Shown piece after piece: positions 1 through 9,987 of a DNA stretch of 64,000 nt; the first letter of the stretch is position 1, and every line of letters starts with the position of its first letter. The notes beneath the pieces are model-generated. The model had not been told where the DNA came from, made no database searches, and saw only the letters and a program-made list of their open reading frames with translations. This DNA is from Clostridia bacterium (GTDB taxonomy: Bacteria; Bacillota; Clostridia; RGIG6154): assembly GCA_017409875.1 (NCBI GenBank), contig JAFQRW010000006.1, positions 49,717 through 113,716 of the forward strand, written 5' to 3'. The position numbers were made by a program, and so were the translations under genes.

Positions 1-214
1 GATGGTAACTGTTCCTGCTGTTACCGGGCAGACAGTTCTTCAGGCAAACTCGACGGTTGTAAGCTCTGGGCTGAACTTTAAGATTTCAGGTGCGGGACGA
101 ATGATTGACAGCGGTGGGCAGACGGCTGCTGTAAAACAAGACCCGGAAGCGGGAAGCACTGTAGAGCGTGGAAGTGTGGTTTATGTTGAGTTCAGGCACT
201 TAGACGTGGAATAA
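1..214 (+). CDS. C-terminal PASTA domain of a penicillin-binding protein (FtsI/SpoVD-like), 5' truncated by window
   Basis: VTVPAVTGQT...SGLNFKISG...QDPEAGSTVERGSVVYVEF is PASTA-like; sits directly upstream of murE. Confidence 0.8.
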   Translation, partial: MVTVPAVTGQTVLQANSTVVSSGLNFKISGAGRMIDSGGQTAAVKQDPEAGSTVERGSVVYVEFRHLDVE

Positions 215-225
215 GGGGAGTTTTT

Positions 226-1644
226 ATGTTGTTAAAGGATTTGCTCGGCGGCGTCAATTATGAAGGAAATGCCGACATAGAAATTAAAGATATTGTGTGC
301 GATTCCAGAAAAGTTGGTAGCGGCAGTGCATTTGTGTGCATTAAAGGCTACGAAACAGATGGGCATATCTATGCAGAAAAAGCAGCCCAAAACGGAGCAA
401 AAGTAATTATTGCAGAGCATAAAACAGAGGCAGAATGCCCGACTGTAATAGTTAAAGATACAAGAAATATTATGGCACTTTTGTGTGCAAGATTTTATGG
501 AAATCCATCAAAAAGATTTAAGCTTATCGGCATAACAGGTACTAACGGCAAAACAACAACAACATATTTAATTAAAAATATTCTTGAAAAAGCAGGCAAA
601 AAGGTTGGGCTTATCGGCACCAATCACAATATGATTGCAGATGAGATAATCGAAACCAAAAGAACAACTCCCGACTCATTTGAACTTCAGGCTCTTTTTA
701 AACAGATGGCGGATAAAAATGTTGACGCAGTTGTTATGGAAGTTTCATCACACGCACTGTTCTTAGACAGGGTGGCACACTGCGATTTTGATATAGGTGT
801 GTTTACAAATCTTACCCAGGACCATCTTGACTTTCATAAAACAATGGAAAACTATGCAGATGCAAAAGCTATTTTGTTCAAGATGTGTAAATGCGGCATT
901 GTTAATATTGATGATAAATATGCAGACAGAATTTTAAAAAATGCAACTGCAAACATTACCACATTCGGAATACAAAATCAAAGTGATCTTTTTGCACACG
1001 ACATTGTGCTTAAAGAAAAGGGTGTAGAATTTAAAATCGGTGAGCAAGCTTACGAGCTTCATGTTCCGGGAAAATTCTCAGTGTATAATTCGCTTTGCGC
1101 AATAGGGGTTGCAAAGGCGCTTGAGATTGATGAAAAATATATTGTTGAAGGACTAAAGACTTCAGGCGGAGTAAAGGGAAGAGCGCAGGTTGTTGATTTG
1201 GGACTTAATGCAACATTTATAATTGATTATGCGCACACGCCCGACGGTGTTGAAAATATTTTAAACACAGTAAGAGGTTTTGCAAAGGGCAGAGTTGTTG
1301 TGCTTTTTGGGTGCGGCGGTGACAGAGATAATAAAAAACGACCTGTTATGGGTGAAATTGCAGACCGTCTTGCGGATTTTTGTATAGTAACGTCAGATAA
1401 TCCAAGAACTGAAAATCCTGCTGAAATTATAAGTCAGATTGTAAAAGGCATGAAGGGCGCGCATCACGTGGTTATTGAAAACAGACGTGAAGCTATAAAA
1501 TATGCAGTCGAAAATGCTAAAGATGGTGATGTTGTTGTTCTTGCGGGAAAGGGACATGAAACATACCAGACTATAGGCAAAGAAAATTTCCCGTTTGATG
1601 AGGAAAAAATACTGTTTGAAATAAAAAATGAACTGGGGGTGTAA
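226..1644 (+). CDS. murE: UDP-MurNAc-L-Ala-D-Glu--2,6-diaminopimelate ligase
   Basis: GITGTNGKTTT P-loop, TTPD, MEVSSH, FTNLTQDHLDFH, DYAHTPD, DNPR (mDAP specificity), AGKGHE. Confidence 0.97.
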   Translation: MLLKDLLGGVNYEGNADIEIKDIVCDSRKVGSGSAFVCIKGYETDGHIYAEKAAQNGAKVIIAEHKTEAECPTVIVKDTRNIMALLCARFYGNPSKRFKLIGITGTNGKTTTTYLIKNILEKAGKKVGLIGTNHNMIADEIIETKRTTPDSFELQALFKQMADKNVDAVVMEVSSHALFLDRVAHCDFDIGVFTNLTQDHLDFHKTMENYADAKAILFKMCKCGIVNIDDKYADRILKNATANITTFGIQNQSDLFAHDIVLKEKGVEFKIGEQAYELHVPGKFSVYNSLCAIGVAKALEIDEKYIVEGLKTSGGVKGRAQVVDLGLNATFIIDYAHTPDGVENILNTVRGFAKGRVVVLFGCGGDRDNKKRPVMGEIADRLADFCIVTSDNPRTENPAEIISQIVKGMKGAHHVVIENRREAIKYAVENAKDGDVVVLAGKGHETYQTIGKENFPFDEEKILFEIKNELGV

Positions 1645-1651
1645 AAAAGCA

Positions 1652-3013
1652 ATGCTTAAAATTTCGGATATTTTAAAAGCAACAGGCGGTGAGCTTATTA
1701 AAGGCTCACAGGACACAGAAATTACTGCTATTAATACCGACACAAGAATAATAAAAGAAGGCATGCTTTTTGTTGCACTCATAGGAGATACTTTTGACGG
1801 AAATGACTATGTTAATCAGGCTGCAGGCGCAGGCGCTGCAGGCTGTGTGGTTTCAAGGCGTGTAGAGGCTGACACAAGCCTTATATTAGTAGATGACACA
1901 ACAAAGGCACTTGGAAAAATTGCAAAGTATTATAAAGAAAAGTTTTGTGTGCCGTTTGTAGGCATTACAGGAAGTGTTGGAAAAACAACAACCAAAGATA
2001 TGATTTCGTGTGCACTTTCTGCAAAATACAATGTACTTAAAACTCAGAAAAACTTTAATAACCATATAGGCTTGCCACTTACTTTGCTAAGACTTAACAG
2101 CGAGCATCAGGTAGGCGTTGTGGAAATGGGAATGAGCGGGTTTGGCGAGATTGACTATTTGGCAGGACTTGTAAACCCGAGCGTTGCAGTATTTACTAAC
2201 ATCGGACTTTCCCATGTTGAAAAGTTAGGCTCAAGAAAAAATATTTTGAAAGCAAAAACAGAGCTGCTTTCACATCTTCCTGATGACGGGTTTGTGGTTT
2301 TATGTGCAGACGATGATATGCTTTTATCATTAAAGGAAAGCTTAAAGCATAAACATATTTATTACGGAACAGAAAATAAAGATGCAGATTTAAGAGCAGA
2401 AAATATTTTTTCTGACGGCGTAAATACTGAGTTTGACATTATTGATAATGGAAACAGATACCACGCAGTAATTCCTGTGCTTGGTGACCACAATGTAAAA
2501 AATGCATTGGCCGCTTATGCTGTCGCAAGACATTTTAATACAGAGCCTGAGGACATAATATCCGCACTTAAAGATTTTGTTCCGGGTAAAATGCGCCAAA
2601 ACATTCTGCATTCGGGCGGAATTACCGTTATTAACGATTGCTATAATGCAAGCCCATCGTCTGTGGAGGCAGGTCTTAAGATATTAAATCAGCTTAAAGG
2701 CGAAAGAAAAATTGCTGTTTTGGGTGATATGCTTGAGATGGGTGAGCTTTCTGAATACGCACACAGATTAGTTGGTAAATATGTTGTGGATTTTGGCGTG
2801 GATTTTTTAATTACGGTAGGAAATAAAAGCGGTGAAATTGCAACCGGCGCAGTAAACCATGGATTTAATCAAAAAAATGCAAAAAGCTTTAAAGATAACA
2901 AAAGCGCAATCGAATTTTTGGACAGTTTTATTAAATCCGGAGATATAGTTTTAGTTAAAGCATCACGCTCAATGAAACTTGAAGAAATTTCTGAGCATTT
3001 ACTTGGTTTCTGA
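1652..3013 (+). CDS. murF: UDP-MurNAc-tripeptide--D-Ala-D-Ala ligase
   Basis: GITGSVGKTTTK, NFNNHIGLP, EMGM, NDCYNASP, LGDMLEMG, KASR; start moved to ATG 1652. Confidence 0.96.
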   Translation: MLKISDILKATGGELIKGSQDTEITAINTDTRIIKEGMLFVALIGDTFDGNDYVNQAAGAGAAGCVVSRRVEADTSLILVDDTTKALGKIAKYYKEKFCVPFVGITGSVGKTTTKDMISCALSAKYNVLKTQKNFNNHIGLPLTLLRLNSEHQVGVVEMGMSGFGEIDYLAGLVNPSVAVFTNIGLSHVEKLGSRKNILKAKTELLSHLPDDGFVVLCADDDMLLSLKESLKHKHIYYGTENKDADLRAENIFSDGVNTEFDIIDNGNRYHAVIPVLGDHNVKNALAAYAVARHFNTEPEDIISALKDFVPGKMRQNILHSGGITVINDCYNASPSSVEAGLKILNQLKGERKIAVLGDMLEMGELSEYAHRLVGKYVVDFGVDFLITVGNKSGEIATGAVNHGFNQKNAKSFKDNKSAIEFLDSFIKSGDIVLVKASRSMKLEEISEHLLGF

Positions 3014-3028
3014 TAAAGGAGATTAAAA

Positions 3029-3982
3029 ATGGATAAAACGGTTTATATAAGCCTTATAGTTTCTTTCATACTTACTGCGGTGATAATGCCCATTTTAATT
3101 CCCGCACTTCATAAACTAAAATTCGGTCAGACAATAAGAGAAATAGGTCCTAAATGGCACGAAAATAAAAACGGAACCCCCACGATGGGCGGAATTTGTT
3201 TTTTAGTAGTTATTACTGTTGTATCTTTGGCGGTGTGTCGGACACCCGCTTTAAGACTTGGTATAATAGCAGCCTTTTTGTTTGGTGTAGTAGGATTTTT
3301 GGATGATTTTATCAAAATCTACTTCAAGAGAAATTTAGGGCTTAATGAAAAACAAAAGCTTTTAGGTCAGACGCTGGTTTCGGTGTTGTTTTTAGTTTTA
3401 GCAGTTAAGCTTGGATATGTAACAACAGAAATTACAATCCCGTTTGTTAATATATCTTTTGATCTTTCGTGGTTTTATATTATATTCATTTCGGTATTTA
3501 TGATTGGCTTTACCAACGCAGTTAATCTAACTGACGGTTTAGACGGTCTTGCAGGTAGTGTTACAGCGGTTGTTTCACTCTTTTTTACCATCGCATCAAT
3601 ATTGCTCAGAAGCTATGATTCATCATACTTTGCAGCAAGCATAACAGGTGCATTAATCGGATTTTTAATTTATAATTATCACCCTGCAAAAGTGTTTATG
3701 GGGGATACAGGCTCTTTATATTTGGGCGGATGTGTTTGCGTACTTGCAATTTTACTTAAAATGGAGCTTATTTTGTTGCTTGTGGGCATAATATATGTAA
3801 TAGAGGCTTTTTCAGTAATAATTCAGGTTGCTTACTTTAAAAAGACAAAGAAACGAATTTTTCTTATGGCTCCTATTCATCACCATTTTGAAATGAAAGG
3901 CTTAAAGGAAGTTCAGATTGTGTATATGTTTTCGCTTATAACGCTTTTGTGTACTGTTATTGCGTTGTTTGCGGTGATTTAA
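3029..3982 (+). CDS. mraY: phospho-MurNAc-pentapeptide transferase
   Basis: GTPTMGG, GFLDD, NAVNLTDGLDGL, PAKVFMGDTGS, MAPIHHHFE. Confidence 0.97.
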   Translation: MDKTVYISLIVSFILTAVIMPILIPALHKLKFGQTIREIGPKWHENKNGTPTMGGICFLVVITVVSLAVCRTPALRLGIIAAFLFGVVGFLDDFIKIYFKRNLGLNEKQKLLGQTLVSVLFLVLAVKLGYVTTEITIPFVNISFDLSWFYIIFISVFMIGFTNAVNLTDGLDGLAGSVTAVVSLFFTIASILLRSYDSSYFAASITGALIGFLIYNYHPAKVFMGDTGSLYLGGCVCVLAILLKMELILLLVGIIYVIEAFSVIIQVAYFKKTKKRIFLMAPIHHHFEMKGLKEVQIVYMFSLITLLCTVIALFAVI

Positions 3983-4010
3983 AAGTTTAAATGAAAAGAG
4001 GTGTCAGGCT

Positions 4011-5162
4011 TTGAGAAAAAAACCTGTAAGAAAATCTGCTGCAAAATCTGTCACAAAAGAATATATGGGTTTTACAAAGACTGATCCTGTTTTGTTTAAT
4101 CTTGTTTTGGTTTTAGTTTGTTTTGGACTCATTATGTGCTTTTCTGCGTCAGCACCTACTGCACAGGTTCAAAACGGGGACAGTTATTATTTCTTAAAAA
4201 GACAGATGATTTGGGCGGTACTTGGCTTTATTGCTATGCTGTTTACGTCAAACTTTCATTATGCAAGATATAAAAAGTATTCATTTATGTTTTATGTGGC
4301 AACCATCGGGCTTTTGTTGATAGTTTTAGCTTTCCCCGGGATTAATGGTGCTAAAAGATGGATTGGAATAGGTGGGTTTAGCTTTCAGCCGTCTGAGGTT
4401 GCAAAATATTCGCTTATTATAATGCTTTCACATAAGATGTCGGTACAAAACTGGGAAAAATCCACGTTTTTCAAAGATTTTGTTCCTTATCTTATTCTGT
4501 ATGGAGTGTTTGCACTTATGCTTATGCTTGAACCGCACTTCAGTTGTACACTTTTGTTATTTGGTGTTACGGTTGCAATGCTTTTTGTTTCAGGCGCAAA
4601 AATGAAATACTTTGCAATATGTCTTTTGGTTGCAATTCCTGCAATATACTTCCTTGCATTCAGCGGCTATCGTGGAGAAAGAATGGCGGTGTTTTTAGAC
4701 CCTATGGGAAGTGACCCCAGCGGAGAAGGCTGGCAGATAAGACAGTCACTTTATGCTATTGGTTCAGGCGGAATGTTCGGACTTGGAATCGGGCAAAGCA
4801 GACAAAAGTTTTTATATCTTCCCGAACCGCAGAATGATTTTATATTTTCGGTTATTTGTGAAGAATTAGGTTTTTTGGGTGCGGCTGTTGTTATACTGCT
4901 TTTTGCAGCACTTATATGGCGCGGAATTTACATTGCAGTTAACGCACCTGATAAATTCAGTTGCTATCTGGCCACAGGAATTACGGCGCTTATTGCAATT
5001 CAGATAATTGTAAACATTGCGGTGGTAACATCGTCAATGCCGGTAACAGGTATGCCATTGCCGTTTTTCAGCGCAGGAGGCTCTTCTTTGGTGTTTTTAA
5101 TGGCAGGCATGGGAATCCTTTTAAATATTTCTAAATCTATCAGGCAAAACAAATCAAAGTAA
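4011..5162 (+). CDS. ftsW: SEDS peptidoglycan polymerase FtsW/SpoVE
   Basis: GAKRWI, FQPSEVAK, QSLYAIGSGG, LPEPQNDFIF, TGMPLPFFSAGGSS; dcw context. Confidence 0.93.
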   Translation: MRKKPVRKSAAKSVTKEYMGFTKTDPVLFNLVLVLVCFGLIMCFSASAPTAQVQNGDSYYFLKRQMIWAVLGFIAMLFTSNFHYARYKKYSFMFYVATIGLLLIVLAFPGINGAKRWIGIGGFSFQPSEVAKYSLIIMLSHKMSVQNWEKSTFFKDFVPYLILYGVFALMLMLEPHFSCTLLLFGVTVAMLFVSGAKMKYFAICLLVAIPAIYFLAFSGYRGERMAVFLDPMGSDPSGEGWQIRQSLYAIGSGGMFGLGIGQSRQKFLYLPEPQNDFIFSVICEELGFLGAAVVILLFAALIWRGIYIAVNAPDKFSCYLATGITALIAIQIIVNIAVVTSSMPVTGMPLPFFSAGGSSLVFLMAGMGILLNISKSIRQNKSK

Positions 5163-5217
5163 CCAAACAAAAACAGTTTGCATAAGATAAAGCATAGCTT
5201 TATTGGAGGTGCAACTA

Positions 5218-6468
5218 TTGAACTGCTTTGCTTTATCAGGTGGCAGGCGCCTTTTGGGTGAAATAACCGTTCAGGGTTCTAAAAATTCTGCATTGCCGCT
5301 TATAGCTGCCTGCCTTTTAAACAAAGGTAAATGTGTTATTCATGATTGCCCCGATTTGTCGGATGTTCGGGCGGCAGTTGATATTTTAAATTGCCTGGGT
5401 TGTGATGCTTCATTTTCCGACGGAACGGTTATCTGCAATTCTAGTTTTGCAGACAAACATATTATTCCCGAATACCTTATGCATAAAATGAGGTCTTCGG
5501 TAATCTTTCTTGGCAGTATGATTTCAACCCTTAAAAAAGCCATTTTATCATATCCGGGTGGATGCGAAATAGGTGCAAGACCTATAGATATACATATTGA
5601 AAGCCTTAAAAAATTAGGTGTGGATATTTTAGAATGTGAAAACCACTTAACATGTATTACCAATGGAATAATTCCTGAAAGAATTGTTTTGCCATTTCCA
5701 AGTGTGGGAGCCACAGAAAACATTATGCTGGTGGCTGCCGTGTCAAACGGACAGACAATTATAGAAAATGCGGCAAAAGAACCTGAAATTGTTGATTTAC
5801 AAGGCTTTTTGAACTCTATGGGCGCAGATATAACAGGAGCCGAAACAGGCAGAATAATAATAAACGGAGTGGGAACTCTTAGAGATACAGAGTATAAAGT
5901 TATACCTGACAGAATTGCGGCGGCAACATTTATGTGTGCTGCACTTGCAACTGACGGTGAAATCGTTCTTAACAATGTAAGATGCGACCATTTAGACGCT
6001 GTTACAAATGCTTTAAGAAAATCAGGAGCTAAAATACAGGAAAACAAATCCTGGATGAGTATAAAACGTGGAAAATATTTTTCCGGAATAGGAAGCTTAG
6101 AGACAGAAGTTTATCCTGCATTTCCTACAGATGCTCAGCCGGCACTTACAGCTTGTCTTGCGGTTGCAGACGGGAAAACGGTCCTTCGTGAAAAAATATT
6201 TACAGACCGTTTCCGCCATGTGCCATATATGAACAATATGGGTGCAGATATTAAGGTTTTCGGCGATACTGCCGAGATAAACGGAGTGTCTGAGCTTAAA
6301 GGCGATATGCTGCTTGCTCATGAACTAAGGGGCGGTGCAGCGCTTGTAATTGCAGGGCTTTGTGCCAAAGGACAAAGTACAGTCGGAAACATAAATTTTA
6401 TTGACAGAGGATATGAAAGCTTAGAAAAAACCTTTAGAAGTTTAGGTGCAGATATACAAAGAATTTAA
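5218..6468 (+). CDS. murA: UDP-GlcNAc 1-carboxyvinyltransferase
   Basis: GSKNSALP, MRSS, PGGCEIGARPID (catalytic Cys), SVGATEN, AAKEPEIVDL, FPTDAQ, IDRGYE; TTG start after GGAGG. Confidence 0.95.
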   Translation: MNCFALSGGRRLLGEITVQGSKNSALPLIAACLLNKGKCVIHDCPDLSDVRAAVDILNCLGCDASFSDGTVICNSSFADKHIIPEYLMHKMRSSVIFLGSMISTLKKAILSYPGGCEIGARPIDIHIESLKKLGVDILECENHLTCITNGIIPERIVLPFPSVGATENIMLVAAVSNGQTIIENAAKEPEIVDLQGFLNSMGADITGAETGRIIINGVGTLRDTEYKVIPDRIAAATFMCAALATDGEIVLNNVRCDHLDAVTNALRKSGAKIQENKSWMSIKRGKYFSGIGSLETEVYPAFPTDAQPALTACLAVADGKTVLREKIFTDRFRHVPYMNNMGADIKVFGDTAEINGVSELKGDMLLAHELRGGAALVIAGLCAKGQSTVGNINFIDRGYESLEKTFRSLGADIQRI

Positions 6469-6479
6469 GGGATAATTAA

Positions 6480-7253
6480 ATGAAAAAACAACCAAAAAAC
6501 AGCGGGAAAATTATTGATATTAACCGCCGTGAAATCAGAAAACGAAAAAAAAGAGCCGCCAGAAATCGCTTTATATGTTTTTTGGCGGTTATAGCTGTTA
6601 TTACTTTTATGATGACACCGGTCTTTAACATCAAATGGATTGATGTAACAGGTAATGAAAAAACAAAGTTTGGCGAAATTGTAAAAGCATCAGGCGTTGA
6701 TTATGAGCAAAATATATTCAGATTAAACATAAAAAAGAGCAAAGCCCAAGTTAAAAAAATTGCATATATTGATGAAGTGAGCATTGCAAGGCATCTTCCC
6801 GGCGGAGTGATGATAAAGGTTACAGAAAGAGTGCCCGTTGCCTGCATAAAATACGCAAACGGATATATGCTTATTGATAAAACAGGCAGACTTTTAGAAA
6901 CAGTTAAAGAGCAACTTAATTTTCCTGAAATTGTTGGAATAAAACTTGCAAAACAAAAGGCGGGAGAGACATTAAAAACTACAGACGAGCAAAGAATTGT
7001 TGCAATGGGCGAGCTTTTGGATACATTAAAAGAGCATGAGCTTTTAGAAAGAACATCTTTAATAAACATTAAAAATGCAGATAATGTTACTTTTATTATA
7101 GACGGCAATAAAACAGTGAAAACAGGCGGAAACTACAGACTTGATTACAAGCTTAAAATGCTTGAAGCTACAGTTTCCGAGCTTTCAAGGTCAGAGGCAG
7201 GAGTAATTGATTTGTCCGTCGAGGGACAGGCACTTTTTACACCGGAGGAATAA
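6480..7253 (+). CDS. ftsQ: cell division protein FtsQ/DivIB
   Basis: basic N-terminus, single TM, POTRA motif FNIKWIDVTGNE...IKVTERVP; dcw position. Confidence 0.88.
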   Translation: MKKQPKNSGKIIDINRREIRKRKKRAARNRFICFLAVIAVITFMMTPVFNIKWIDVTGNEKTKFGEIVKASGVDYEQNIFRLNIKKSKAQVKKIAYIDEVSIARHLPGGVMIKVTERVPVACIKYANGYMLIDKTGRLLETVKEQLNFPEIVGIKLAKQKAGETLKTTDEQRIVAMGELLDTLKEHELLERTSLINIKNADNVTFIIDGNKTVKTGGNYRLDYKLKMLEATVSELSRSEAGVIDLSVEGQALFTPEE

Positions 7254-7256
7254 TAA

Positions 7257-7486
7257 ATGAAATATGACGGAATTTTGATATGCTCAGATATGGACGTAAC
7301 CTTCGAACCAACTGAGCAAAATATAAATTCCTTAAAAGAGTTTCAGGCAGAAGGCGGAAAGTTTTCTGTTGCAACAGGCAGGAATATAAAATATGTAAAA
7401 AAACACTTTGAAGAATAAGCAAAGGTTTTATGTCAAATGTGCCTATTGCAAAAATAATATCAGAGCTTTATAGCCTCTTGACATAA
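7257..7486 (+). pseudogene. internally deleted Cof-type HAD hydrolase remnant
   Basis: 7257-7418 reads MKYDGILICSDMDVTF...EGGKFSVATGR (HAD motif I and ATGR motif II) then stops at 53 aa; a possible C-terminal helix PIAKIISELY follows in another frame. Confidence 0.7.
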
Positions 7487-7506
7487 AAGAGATAAAATGT
7501 TAAAAT
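7478..7506 (+). promoter_or_regulatory. sigmaA promoter of FMN riboswitch/ribU
   Basis: TTGACA-N17-TAAAAT with extended -10 TG. Confidence 0.8.
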
Positions 7507-7511
7507 TTAAT

Positions 7512-7622
7512 AGAGCTTCGGGGCAGGGTGAAATTCCCTACCGGCGGTAAAGCCCGCGAGTGTTAAAAACACTGATTTGGTGAAATTCCAGAGCCGACGG
7601 TATAGTCCGGATGAAAGAAGTA
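7512..7622 (+). ncRNA. FMN (RFN) riboswitch aptamer
   Basis: CTTCGGGGCAGGGTGAAATTCCCTACCGGCGGT..AGCCCGCGAG...GGTGAAATTCC.GAGCCGACGGTATAGTCCGGATGAAAGAAG matches RFN consensus; upstream of ECF S component. Confidence 0.97.
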
Positions 7623-7635
7623 AATATGTATATTT

Positions 7636-7666
7636 ATGCCCCTTTGCATTAAAGGGGCATTTTTTT
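7636..7666 (+). terminator. riboswitch expression-platform terminator
   Basis: ATGCCCCTTT-gcatt-AAAGGGGCAT followed by T6. Confidence 0.85.
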
Positions 7667-7693
7667 GCCTCTTAAAATGAAAGGAAGATTTTA

Positions 7694-8248
7694 ATGGACA
7701 AAAAGAATTTGAGAATACTAACAGTTATGGGGATGCTTTGCGCAGTTTCGGTGATTTTGGTGTCAATCATTCATTTTCCGCTTTTTGCGGCTGCACCGTT
7801 TTTAGAATATGACCCTGCAGATGTTCCTATTTTTATTGCCACTTTTTCATTTGGCCCACTAGCCGGACTTTTACTTACTGTTGTAACCTCTGTAATTCAG
7901 GGAGTTACAGTTAGTGCGTCAAGCGGCTTATATGGTATTTTGATGCACATTATTTCAACAGGAAGCTTTTGCCTGGTTGCAGGAGTTATATATAAAAAGC
8001 TTCACACCAAAAAGGGTGCGGCGATATCACTTGTTATAGGCACGCTTACAATGACTTTAGTTATGATACCTGCCAATCTTTTTATTACACCTTATTTTAT
8101 GGGCGCACCTGTTTCGGTGATAAAAGGATTGCTGCTTCCTGCTATAATTCCTTTTAATTTTGTTAAAGCTGCGGTAAATTCTGTTATAACATTTTTCCTT
8201 TATAAAAGAATTTCAAACCTTTGGGAAAATAAACAAAACAATTTATAA
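7694..8248 (+). CDS. ribU: riboflavin ECF transporter S component
   Basis: PFLEYDPADVP motif, ~6 TM, C-terminal IIPFNFVK; preceded by FMN riboswitch. Confidence 0.9.
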   Translation: MDKKNLRILTVMGMLCAVSVILVSIIHFPLFAAAPFLEYDPADVPIFIATFSFGPLAGLLLTVVTSVIQGVTVSASSGLYGILMHIISTGSFCLVAGVIYKKLHTKKGAAISLVIGTLTMTLVMIPANLFITPYFMGAPVSVIKGLLLPAIIPFNFVKAAVNSVITFFLYKRISNLWENKQNNL

Positions 8249-8274
8249 AGCTACAAAATGTCAGACAAACCAAA

Positions 8275-8303
8275 TTGACAAATACTTGATTTGATGATAT
8301 ACT
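8275..8303 (+). promoter_or_regulatory. sigmaA promoter
   Basis: TTGACA-N17-TATACT with extended -10 TG. Confidence 0.7.
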
Positions 8304-8328
8304 TAACAAAAAATTACAGGAGAACACA

Positions 8329-9009
8329 ATGGAAAGAACGAAGCTTAAAGACAGAATACTTCCTCCATATACAAAAGGTGAGGAAATTATGAATATGGTA
8401 ACACATATCGTAGGCGGTGCAATGGGAATTGTGGCGCTTGTTTTGTGCGTGGTTATGGCGGCAATAAACTCAAATGTATATGGTGTGGTAAGCGGTGCGA
8501 TTTTTGGGGCAACAATGATTATACTTTACACAATGTCGAGCATTTATCACGGATTAAAACCGCATCTTACCGCCAAAAAGGTATTTCAGGTAATAGATCA
8601 TTGCTCGATATTTATACTTATTGCAGGAACATACACACCTATTGTGCTTTGCACGGTAAGAGAGGCATCTTTGGCACTTGGCTGGGGATATTTTGGGGTT
8701 GTGTGGGCAGTTGCAATTTTGGGAATTGTTTTAAACGCCATTGACTTGAAAAAATATGACAGATTTTCTCTTATTTGCTATCTTGTGCTTGGCTGGTGCA
8801 TTATTTTCAGCATAAAGACAGTAGCGACAGGCATTGGCTTTGGCGGAATGATGTTTTTGGTAAGCGGGGGGATAGCTTACACGTTGGGAGCTGTGTTTTA
8901 TGTAATCGGCAAAAAGAAAAATACCAAATACATTCACAGTGTATTTCACCTGTTTGTAGATTTAGGAAGCTTTTTGCATTTCATGTGCATTCTTTTATAT
9001 GTAATGTAA
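8329..9009 (+). CDS. hemolysin III / PAQR (TrhA) family membrane protein
   Basis: EEIMNMVTH, SSIYH, DHCSIFILIAGTYTP, HSVFHLFV. Confidence 0.92.
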   Translation: MERTKLKDRILPPYTKGEEIMNMVTHIVGGAMGIVALVLCVVMAAINSNVYGVVSGAIFGATMIILYTMSSIYHGLKPHLTAKKVFQVIDHCSIFILIAGTYTPIVLCTVREASLALGWGYFGVVWAVAILGIVLNAIDLKKYDRFSLICYLVLGWCIIFSIKTVATGIGFGGMMFLVSGGIAYTLGAVFYVIGKKKNTKYIHSVFHLFVDLGSFLHFMCILLYVM

Positions 9010-9012
9010 TAT

Positions 9013-9040
9013 AAAAAAGCAGTCATGCGACTGCTTTTTT
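9013..9040. terminator. bidirectional intrinsic terminator
   Basis: AAAAAAGCAGTC-atgc-GACTGCTTTTTT between convergent genes. Confidence 0.85.
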
Positions 9041-9535
9041 CCTTGCCCATAAATAAAATATAAACCATATTATAATAATTCCGACAGCACTTCCTGCCGA
9101 GTCAATTAAAAGGTCAGAACCTTGAGCACTTCTTCCCGGAACAAAAATCTGGTGAACTTCATCGCTTATTGCGTACAACACACAAAACAAGAAAGTGTAA
9201 AGTGCATTTTTTTGTATATAATGCTTTCCCTTTTTAATAAATGTAAGCGATGCACTTGCAAAGCCTGATATGCCAAGCAATAAAAACAAAGAAAAATGAG
9301 CAAGCTTGCGCATAAAATTGTTCCATTTTTTTACAAGTTCGTTCTTTTTTTTCTGCGAAATATTTTTGTTTTTTGTAACGGCATCTACAATTTTTCTGGT
9401 TATGGCTTTGCTGGTTTTAGTAGACTCTTTTGCAGGTTGGGCGGAAAAAACAAAAATTGATGTCATAACCAAAAGCGTAAACAAGTATGCAATTATTCTT
9501 TTAAAGACTAATCTTGGATTTGTACCTGATATCAT
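9023..9535 (-). CDS. VanZ family protein
   Basis: IFVFSAQPA..S, RKLAHF, YAISDEVHQIFVPGRS...DLLID. Confidence 0.92.
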   Translation of the reverse strand: MISGTNPRLVFKRIIAYLFTLLVMTSIFVFSAQPAKESTKTSKAITRKIVDAVTKNKNISQKKKNELVKKWNNFMRKLAHFSLFLLLGISGFASASLTFIKKGKHYIQKNALYTFLFCVLYAISDEVHQIFVPGRSAQGSDLLIDSAGSAVGIIIIWFIFYLWARKKAVA

Positions 9536-9537
9536 TT

Positions 9538-9987
9538 TTATTCCTCATCAAAAATCGGTTCAACAAAAATAAACATAAGCTGACCTATTTTAATAAGGTC
9601 GCCTGTTTTTACAGCGCAAGGCTCTGCACCTACACGGTCGCCGTTTACGAAAGTGCCGTTGGTGCTGTCGTTATCAACTATTGTCCATAAGTCGTGCGAT
9701 TTTAAAAACTGAGCATGCACGGTAGACATAAATGGGTCGGCGATTATAATGTCGTTTTTAGATCCTCTGCCGACAGTATATTTATTTTTTATATTATAGC
9801 TTTCTTCAACTCTGAAAGGGACGGATTTGATTTTGTTCATAAGCTTGATATACGGGCTGTCATCTAAAACGGTACCCATACGCGAGTGCTTAATATCAAG
9901 ATATATAAGTCTTATGATACTGAACATAAAAAAGTAAATGGCTGTAATAAACAAGTATTTTAAAAGACCTGAAATAAGCTCAAACAA
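9538..9987 (-). CDS. membrane-anchored FHA domain protein
   Basis: N-terminal TM; VGR, STVHA, DNDSTNGTFVNG, GDLIKIG. Confidence 0.9.
   Translation of the reverse strand: MFELISGLLKYLFITAIYFFMFSIIRLIYLDIKHSRMGTVLDDSPYIKLMNKIKSVPFRVEESYNIKNKYTVGRGSKNDIIIADPFMSTVHAQFLKSHDLWTIVDNDSTNGTFVNGDRVGAEPCAVKTGDLIKIGQLMFIFVEPIFDEE

Noticed and set aside
5340-6047. 235-aa minus-strand ORF
   Set aside because: Antisense shadow of murA
8329-9009. Hemolysin virulence factor (also tlyA at 39790-40587)
   Set aside because: HlyIII/PAQR and TlyA are widespread housekeeping families; context gives no toxin evidence
9023-9535. Glycopeptide resistance locus
   Set aside because: Isolated VanZ-family gene without vanHAX/vanRS; such genes are widespread
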